From an uncultured Gammaproteobacteria bacterium (GTDB lineage Bacteria; Patescibacteriota; Patescibacteriia; UBA9934): a stretch of DNA of 64,000 nucleotides. A model generated the notes under the pieces. The model was not told the origin of the DNA and searched no databases. It was given only the letters and a program-made list of their open reading frames with translations. Both the position numbers and the translations under genes were made by a program. The stretch covers positions 2,091-66,090 of the forward strand of contig CAZORP010000003.1 in the NCBI GenBank assembly GCA_964582615.1, read 5' to 3'. Below, one piece after another: positions 58,057 through 64,000 of this stretch (within the stretch, counting starts at the first letter, position 1; each line of letters starts with the position of its first letter).

Positions 58057-58840
58057 AATATGCCGTTACTTCAGAAGGTTCAGGCGTAAGAATTTCCGGA
58101 CCATCTTCATGCAGTGCAATGGTCACCTCAAAGTGAGCCGCGTCACTTCCATCGTCAGTAACAAGCGTCCACCCATCAGAAGAAAGATCAACTTCATCAC
58201 TTCCTCGAGTAATCATTGGCTCAAGAGCTAAGCACATTCCAGAACGAAGAGGCACCTTAGGGAAGGCATTGCTCACAAAGTTTGGAACATGAGGAGATTC
58301 ATGCACCGCATGACCAACACCATGTCCAACAAGCGACTTAATAATTCCATATCCCCGAGGGATCTCCCCCTGAATGGCCGCCGCAATGTCGCGCGTAGAA
58401 AGACCAACACGTGCACGCTCGACACCTGCATATAGCGATGCGCGCGTTAATCCAAGAAGTTTCTTGCGAGCCGCAGAAATGGCCCCAACAGGAACGGTTA
58501 CCGCCATATCGGTACACATTCCCTTGTACCAGCATCCAATATCCAAACCAACGATATCCCCCTCAGCAAGTATGCGCTCGCGATTTCCTAAACCATGAAC
58601 AACTTCATCGTTTACCGAAATGCAAACCGTTGAAGGAAATGGAATTCCTCCGCCGGCTTTATATCCCTTAAATGATGGCGTCGCGCCCTGTGAACGCATG
58701 TACTCTTCGGCACATACATCAAGTGCCTTGAGCGAGACTCCCGGACGAACCATGCGAACTGCACATGCAAGCGCGTCGGAAAGGATTTTTCCACCCTCTC
58801 GCATGGCTTGAATTTCTTCCGCTGTTTTGATGAGTGCCAT
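58043..58840 (-). CDS. map: methionine aminopeptidase type I
   Basis: CISVNDEVVHG, GHGVG..HE.P, ALEPM and AAHFE motifs. Confidence 0.98.
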   Translation of the reverse strand: MALIKTAEEIQAMREGGKILSDALACAVRMVRPGVSLKALDVCAEEYMRSQGATPSFKGYKAGGGIPFPSTVCISVNDEVVHGLGNRERILAEGDIVGLDIGCWYKGMCTDMAVTVPVGAISAARKKLLGLTRASLYAGVERARVGLSTRDIAAAIQGEIPRGYGIIKSLVGHGVGHAVHESPHVPNFVSNAFPKVPLRSGMCLALEPMITRGSDEVDLSSDGWTLVTDDGSDAAHFEVTIALHEDGPEILTPEPSEVTAYYETR

Positions 58841-58846
58841 AAGAAA

Positions 58847-59398
58847 CTATCCTAACACACGGTGAATACGCTCGGCAACTTCAGCAATGGTTCCACTTGC
58901 ATCAACGTGATGCACGATTCCTCGGGTAGCATAGCCACGTTCAAGCATAGGAATCGTTTCGGCGTCATAAAGTGCAAGACGCTTAGAAATAACTTCCGGC
59001 GTATCGTCTACGCGTTGCTCGGTACGCATGCGGTGGGTTATTCGATCCATTGCACGATCTTTTTCAAGGTCCAGAACAATAACATGTGTTGGTTGATCGT
59101 AAGCATCGTACGCCGCGAATTGCTCCTCGTTTCTTGGAAAACCATCAAGAATATACCCGATTTGCGCATCAGGTTCCTGAAGTCGCTTAGCAAGAACAAC
59201 AATTGCAACATCATCACCAACAAGACCACCTCCATGAACAATATCACGGATGCGATCGGCAATCATCCCCCCACGATCAATCTCATCCCGAAGAAGCTGT
59301 CCCATGGAAAGCGCTGGAATGCCGAGTTTTTGCGAAAGTAAAGCCGCTTGTGTTCCCTTGCCTGAACCCTGTGGACCGAGGAGGAGGATTTTATACAT
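58847..59398 (-). CDS. adk: adenylate kinase (short, LID-less)
   Basis: GPQGSGKGTQA, ILDGFPR and R.DD motifs; start at 59398 or 59404. Confidence 0.95.
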   Translation of the reverse strand: MYKILLLGPQGSGKGTQAALLSQKLGIPALSMGQLLRDEIDRGGMIADRIRDIVHGGGLVGDDVAIVVLAKRLQEPDAQIGYILDGFPRNEEQFAAYDAYDQPTHVIVLDLEKDRAMDRITHRMRTEQRVDDTPEVISKRLALYDAETIPMLERGYATRGIVHHVDASGTIAEVAERIHRVLG

Positions 59399-59484
59399 AC
59401 GCATCTATGCTAAACAAAAAAACCCCTTCCGAACAGAGGGAGCTCTTGCGAAGATGTTGGTATCTTTTTAGGATGTATCCGTCT

Positions 59485-60078
59485 ATGCTTCCCATTGTTT
59501 CTTTTTCAGAAGCCGCACAACTCCTCCTTGCGGAAAATGTCGGCATCATCCCCACCGACACGGTGTACGGCATTGTGTGTATCGCAAAAAGTTCAAAGGC
59601 TATCGGCGAGCTTTACGCGCAAAAACATCGCGAACGAAAACCAGGAACACTTATCGCGGCATCGTGGGAAGATTTTCTCTCACTAGGTTTTTCTCTTGAG
59701 GAGCTCTCTCGAGCGCGCCCTGTGTGGCCAGGGCCTATAAGTGTTGTACTTACCAATACGCACAACCCCATACTCGCGCAACACACAGGAAGCAATGCGT
59801 GCCGAGTTGTCCTTGGACCACCTGAGCTTATAGAACTTCTGCGCATAACCGGCCCCCTTGCAACGTCGAGTGCAAATACCCCCGGAGATCCTCCTGCGTG
59901 TTCAAAAGAGATGGCTCATGCATACTTCCCAAACATTCCCTTCATCGTTGATGGCGGAATTCAAGAAGAAAAACCTCCATCCTCCGTTATCACAATAACC
60001 CCCAACGGAGACATTACTATCCTTCGAGAAGGCGCCGTTGGCAAAGAAGAAATTCTTCGACGCATGACACAAAACTAA
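59485..60078 (+). CDS. tsaC: L-threonylcarbamoyladenylate synthase (TsaC/YrdC)
   Basis: PTDTVYG, K.R..KP, WPGP, SSAN..G and LREGA motifs. Confidence 0.95.
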   Translation: MLPIVSFSEAAQLLLAENVGIIPTDTVYGIVCIAKSSKAIGELYAQKHRERKPGTLIAASWEDFLSLGFSLEELSRARPVWPGPISVVLTNTHNPILAQHTGSNACRVVLGPPELIELLRITGPLATSSANTPGDPPACSKEMAHAYFPNIPFIVDGGIQEEKPPSSVITITPNGDITILREGAVGKEEILRRMTQN

Positions 60079-60109
60079 AAACAACCCTCGAAAGGGTTGT
60101 TTTTAGTTT
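60072..60109. terminator. bidirectional terminator between tsaC and secY
   Basis: AAACTAAAAACAACCCT-cgaa-AGGGTTGTTTTTAGTTT. Confidence 0.85.
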
Positions 60110-61361
60110 ATGCCTCGTATGAGCGCATGGAGAGCTGTGCTTCAACCTGCTTAACGACATCGATAACCACCGAAACAACGATGATCACCGAAGATCCACC
60201 AACCGCGAAAAGCGCATTTCCTGTAATTGCTTGAACAATCGTTGGAAGAACTGCAAGTGTCGCAAGGAACACTGCGCCAACAACGAGAATTCGGTTCATA
60301 ACCCATTGCAAATACGTAACCGTATGTGCTCCGGGACGAACACCGGGAATGAATCCTCCCTGTTTTTGCAAGTTTTCACTTACTTGGTCAGGTCGGAAAA
60401 TGATAGATGCGTAGAAGAACGTGAAGAACACAACAAGGATGAACTGTGCAACACCATAAGCTCCAACGTTACTCGAGAAGCTAACAATCGCTTGCGCGAG
60501 AGAGCTTACCCATGGAGTACTTGCACTAACAAAGAATTGAGCAAATAGTCCAGGAGTAACCAAGAGTGACATCGCGAAAAGGATTGGGATCATACCTCCA
60601 AGATTCACTCGAAGAGGAAGAACCGAGGAAACCTTTCCCGAACCTCCACGAGCATATTGCACGGGAATGTTACGCTGAGCTTCACTTACAAAGACAACGC
60701 CTACAACGGTGAGAATTGTGGTCGCGGCAAAAAGAAGCGTGTCCACAAGCTCAGACGAAGTGTATGTCGCCAAAGCGTTTGCAAGAAATCCCGGAAAAGA
60801 AGCAACGATACCTGCAAAAATGAGAATCGAGAGTCCATTTCCCATCTTTCGCTCGGAAATAAGTTCTCCAAGCCACATAAGGAAAATCGTTCCCGTTACC
60901 ATTGAGGCGATAGCAACGACCCATTGCCAGAGGCTGATTGTTGCCGTACCGAAAACTCCCTGCTGATTCAAGAGCACCATAAGGCTATACGCCTGAAGTG
61001 CCGCAAGAGGAACCGTTGCAACGCGTGTCCAACGGTTCAAAACGCGTCTTCCCTGCTCTTCTTTCTGCATCTCTTCAACCGAAGGGAAGATCATGCCAAG
61101 AAGCTGGAAAATAATTGACGACGTAATGTACGGAGCAACACCAAGTGCAACAACTGAGAAACTCTTGAGCGTACCACCCGCGAAAACGTTAAGGAGTCCG
61201 AGGAGTTGGTTTTGCTGCAAGAGAATCGCGAGACTCGTGGCGTCAATTCCTGGAACAGGAATATGCGCCACGATGCGAAAAAGAGTAACTGCGAACAACA
61301 TGAAGAGGAGGCCACTGCGAATTTCGGGTTCTTTCCAAAGACGCGCGAGGATGTTCGCCAT
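60108..61361 (-). CDS. secY: preprotein translocase subunit SecY
   Basis: IPVPGI, LGVAPYITSSII, WLGELISE..GNG.S and GGFIPGVRPG motifs. Confidence 0.99.
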   Translation of the reverse strand: MANILARLWKEPEIRSGLLFMLFAVTLFRIVAHIPVPGIDATSLAILLQQNQLLGLLNVFAGGTLKSFSVVALGVAPYITSSIIFQLLGMIFPSVEEMQKEEQGRRVLNRWTRVATVPLAALQAYSLMVLLNQQGVFGTATISLWQWVVAIASMVTGTIFLMWLGELISERKMGNGLSILIFAGIVASFPGFLANALATYTSSELVDTLLFAATTILTVVGVVFVSEAQRNIPVQYARGGSGKVSSVLPLRVNLGGMIPILFAMSLLVTPGLFAQFFVSASTPWVSSLAQAIVSFSSNVGAYGVAQFILVVFFTFFYASIIFRPDQVSENLQKQGGFIPGVRPGAHTVTYLQWVMNRILVVGAVFLATLAVLPTIVQAITGNALFAVGGSSVIIVVSVVIDVVKQVEAQLSMRSYEA

Positions 61362-61369
61362 ACGTAGAG

Positions 61370-61807
61370 TTAAGCTTCAACCGAACCACCTGCCTTTTCA
61401 ATAGCAGCCTTTGCTGTTTGTGAAACTGCGCAACCCTTAACCGTAACTGCATGAGCAAGCTCGCCAACCGCGAGAATCTTTACCGCAGCTTTCGCATTAC
61501 GGACAAGACCCTTCTTTGCAAGCGTACGAGGAGATACCACTTCGCCAGCAATGAAAACTTCTGCAACATCTGCAAGGTTAACAACCTGAGAGGTTGCCGC
61601 CATGGAGTTGAAGCCACGGAGCTTTGGCATCGCGAGCATTGCTGCACGAGAACCAATGCGTTGCAAACCGCTTGCACCAGCACGAGAAGACTGACCCTTC
61701 TGTCCGCGTCCTGCCGTGGTTCCCTTGGAACCAAGTCCACGACCAACGCGCTTCTTGTCTTTCTTCGCTCCAAAACTTGGGCGAAGCATATGCAATGAAA
61801 GTGTCAT
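61370..61807 (-). CDS. rplO: 50S ribosomal protein L15
   Basis: RVGRG.GS.G.TAGRGQKGQ.SR and PKLRGF motifs. Confidence 0.98.
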   Translation of the reverse strand: MTLSLHMLRPSFGAKKDKKRVGRGLGSKGTTAGRGQKGQSSRAGASGLQRIGSRAAMLAMPKLRGFNSMAATSQVVNLADVAEVFIAGEVVSPRTLAKKGLVRNAKAAVKILAVGELAHAVTVKGCAVSQTAKAAIEKAGGSVEA

Positions 61808-61819
61808 AGAAATCACGTT

Positions 61820-62428
61820 TTACGCGGAGGGCGTTTGAGCCTTCTCCTTGCGGAGCATGGACAATGCCGAGAAAGCAGCCTTCACGTTGTTAATCTTATT
61901 CTTTCCACCCAAAACCTTTGAAACTGCGTTAGGAACTCCTGCAAGTTCAAGAACGACACGTACAGGTCCTCCGCACTTCAATCCCGTACCTTGTGGAGCT
62001 GGCTTGATGAGGACATCTCCTGCACCAAACTTTGCCGCAACAACGTGAGGAATTGTTTCCTTGATAAGAGGAATGGTGATGAGGCGCTTCTTCGCTTGAC
62101 GTGCCGCTTTATCAAGTGCCATCGAAACGTCAGCACCCTTTGCAACACCGAATCCAACGCGACCCTTCTTGTCACCAACGATTACCGTTGCGCGGAAGCG
62201 CATGCGCTTTCCACCCTTGGTAACACGAGTAACACGAGCAAGTTCAAGCGTCTTTTGTTCAAATTCGCGAGGATCACGCTCTTGGGTTCGCTGGCCACGA
62301 CCGCCACGGCGATCTCCGCCTTGGCGCTGACCTCCGCGACCGCCACGGCGATCTCCACCACGCTTAGCAGCACCTTCTAGTGCTTGCGTTCCAGAAACTG
62401 GAGCTGGGTTTTTTTGTTGTTCTTGCAT
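61820..62428 (-). CDS. rpsE: 30S ribosomal protein S5 with RGG-rich N-extension
   Basis: RVTRVTKGGKRMRF and GGPVRVVLELAG motifs. Confidence 0.99.
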   Translation of the reverse strand: MQEQQKNPAPVSGTQALEGAAKRGGDRRGGRGGQRQGGDRRGGRGQRTQERDPREFEQKTLELARVTRVTKGGKRMRFRATVIVGDKKGRVGFGVAKGADVSMALDKAARQAKKRLITIPLIKETIPHVVAAKFGAGDVLIKPAPQGTGLKCGGPVRVVLELAGVPNAVSKVLGGKNKINNVKAAFSALSMLRKEKAQTPSA

Positions 62429-62431
62429 ACA

Positions 62432-62788
62432 TTAGAATTCAAGACCACTTTCACGAGCAGCGTCAGCGAGAGCTTTGACACGACCATGGAACAAGTATGC
62501 TCCGCGATCGAATACTACCGTCGTGATACCAGCTTTCTTTGCAGCTTCAGCAACAAGCTTTCCTACCGCCTGTGCGCGCTCAAGAGGTGAACCACCTTCT
62601 ACTGCGCGATCATGTGCGGAAGCAAGCGTGCGGCCCTGAGTGTCATCAATAACTTGCGCAGCGATGTGCTTTTCCGAGCGAAAAACGGACAATCGTGGAC
62701 GCTCTGCCGTACCACGAATCGTGGCTCGGACACGAGCTGCGCGACGCTGTGCGCGTGCGCGTTTTGCTTGGATCTCTTTTTTCGTCAT
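62432..62788 (-). CDS. rplR: 50S ribosomal protein L18
   Basis: RPRLSVFRS and [16 protein letters not shown] motifs. Confidence 0.99.
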   Translation of the reverse strand: MTKKEIQAKRARAQRRAARVRATIRGTAERPRLSVFRSEKHIAAQVIDDTQGRTLASAHDRAVEGGSPLERAQAVGKLVAEAAKKAGITTVVFDRGAYLFHGRVKALADAARESGLEF

Positions 62789-62793
62789 AGCAA

Positions 62794-63345
62794 TTATTTA
62801 TCACCCTTTGCCGCCTTTCCAGCCTTGCGACGAATGATTTCATCGGTATAGCGGAAGCCCTTTCCCTTGTAAGGTTCAGGCTTTTTGAATGCGCGAATTT
62901 CTGCAGCGGCACGACCGACTGCTTCAGCGCTCATTCCAGAAAGCGTCAACACGTTATTTTCAATCTTTGCACTTACGCCCTCAGGAAGGGTGTACTTCAC
63001 ATCGTGAGAAAATCCCAATGCGAACGTAAGCATATTTCCTTGTGCGGACATCTTGAATCCAACGCCGTTCAATTCAAGCGCTTTGGTAAATCCTTGAGCT
63101 ACGCCAAGAACATACTGCGCAAGAAGTGCACGCATTGTACCCCAGATTGCACCATCTTCATCAGGATTACGCACGGTCACATCAAGTGCACGTACGCCAT
63201 CTTCCTCGCGCAACGTTACCATTGTGCGTGGATGAAGTGCGAGGGTCAACGATCCCTTAGGACCCGTAACGGTAACGCTTCCATCATTGATGGTTGCAGT
63301 AACTCCTTGAGAAAGGAATACCGGTTTTTTTCCAATACGAGACAT
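62794..63345 (-). CDS. rplF: 50S ribosomal protein L6
   Basis: MSRIGKKP and PEPYKGKG motifs. Confidence 0.99.
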   Translation of the reverse strand: MSRIGKKPVFLSQGVTATINDGSVTVTGPKGSLTLALHPRTMVTLREEDGVRALDVTVRNPDEDGAIWGTMRALLAQYVLGVAQGFTKALELNGVGFKMSAQGNMLTFALGFSHDVKYTLPEGVSAKIENNVLTLSGMSAEAVGRAAAEIRAFKKPEPYKGKGFRYTDEIIRRKAGKAAKGDK

Positions 63346-63351
63346 AGGACC

Positions 63352-63750
63352 TTAATACACTTCACAAATAAGTTCACCTCCCAAGCGACGCTTCTTTGCT
63401 TCATCCCCCGTCATCAATCCGTTTGGAGTTGAAAGAATGGAGATTCCGTATCCAGAGCGAACTGCTCCAAGATCATCCGCTTTTACATAAATGCGACGAC
63501 CTGGCTTGCTAATACGCTTGAGCTCAGAAACAACTGGCATACCTTCTCGGTACGTAAGTGTGAGGCGAAGTACTTCACGAGAGGAAGTCTTTTGCTTCAC
63601 TTCTTCTACCGAAGAAAGATAGCCACGAGATTCAAGGATTTTCGCAATTGCGAATTTCATCTTCGACATTGGCATCTCAACAACGTGTGCGCGAGCCATT
63701 GCAGCATTGCGGACGCGTGTGAGCATGTCGGAAATTGGATCAGACATCAT
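63352..63750 (-). CDS. rpsH: 30S ribosomal protein S8
   Basis: DPISDMLTRVRN, RISKPGRRIY and GGELIC motifs. Confidence 0.99.
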   Translation of the reverse strand: MMSDPISDMLTRVRNAAMARAHVVEMPMSKMKFAIAKILESRGYLSSVEEVKQKTSSREVLRLTLTYREGMPVVSELKRISKPGRRIYVKADDLGAVRSGYGISILSTPNGLMTGDEAKKRRLGGELICEVY

Positions 63751-63755
63751 AGGTT

Positions 63756-63941
63756 TTACCAGCTAGCCTTACGAATACCAGGAATCTCTCCCACGTTTGC
63801 CAACTCACGGAAACAAATACGGCAAAGACCGAACTTGCGCATAAAGAAGCGCTTACGTCCACAGCGCCAGCAACGCAAGTTAATGCGTGTGGAAAACTTT
63901 GGCGTTTTTGCTGATTTTGCAATTTGATTTTGTGTTGCCAT
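63756..63941 (-). CDS. rpsZ: 30S ribosomal protein S14, zinc-binding type Z
   Basis: 61 aa; CWRCGR...LCRICFRE...IPGIRKASW. Confidence 0.97.
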   Translation of the reverse strand: MATQNQIAKSAKTPKFSTRINLRCWRCGRKRFFMRKFGLCRICFRELANVGEIPGIRKASW

Positions 63942-63942
63942 A

Positions 63943-63999
63943 TTAGTTGGATGACTTGGAGACAAATGGGAAGCCAAGTTCTTTCAAGAGAGCAAGACC
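63943..63999 (-). CDS. rplE: 50S ribosomal protein L5, 3' end only (truncated by window)
   Basis: [12 protein letters not shown]...stop directly upstream of S14, as expected in the spc operon. Confidence 0.9.
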   Translation of the reverse strand, partial: GLALLKELGFPFVSKSSN

Positions 64000-64000
64000 A

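Noticed and set aside
59412-59445. Hairpin plus U tract just upstream of adk as an attenuator or riboswitch
   Set aside because: The stem is short and mismatched and no aptamer motif is recognisable.
62298-62356. 20-bp direct repeat with 39-bp period, superficially CRISPR-like
   Set aside because: Only two copies, in frame inside rpsE, encoding the GDRRGGR duplication; no cas genes nearby.

Overview
This is a 64-kb core-genome segment of a small-genome bacterium, inferred to be Patescibacteria/CPR and probably Parcubacteria-like. The inference rests on the absence of rpmD between rpsE and rplO, the lack of Shine-Dalgarno motifs, archaeal-type PyrH and AspRS, and an orphan baseplate-J-like protein. 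It uses standard code 11. The window holds ribosomal protein genes (rplK, rplA, rplJL and the distal spc operon through secY, adk and map), a dcd-thyX-dut-tmk thymidylate cluster, and gatB, miaA, thrS, dnaE, pyrH, xseAB, lexA, eno, der, pth, dprA, topA, rel, parAB, scpAB, asnS-aspS, recO, ruvX and tsaC. It also holds three tRNAs and several lineage-specific proteins. I saw no prophage, IS element or CRISPR array. The most striking signal is non-coding: two T-box riboswitches, upstream of thrS and asnS-aspS. Each has an antiterminator/terminator pair but an ultrashort Stem I whose terminal loop shows the cognate codon (ACC and AAC), and the thrS element also appears to lack Stem II. Other candidates are a MetK homologue with a remodelled methionine pocket, a strong U bias at position -1 of start codons, a palindromic bidirectional promoter and tandem LRR-like paralogues. 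All calls come from reading the sequence by eye; no searches were run.
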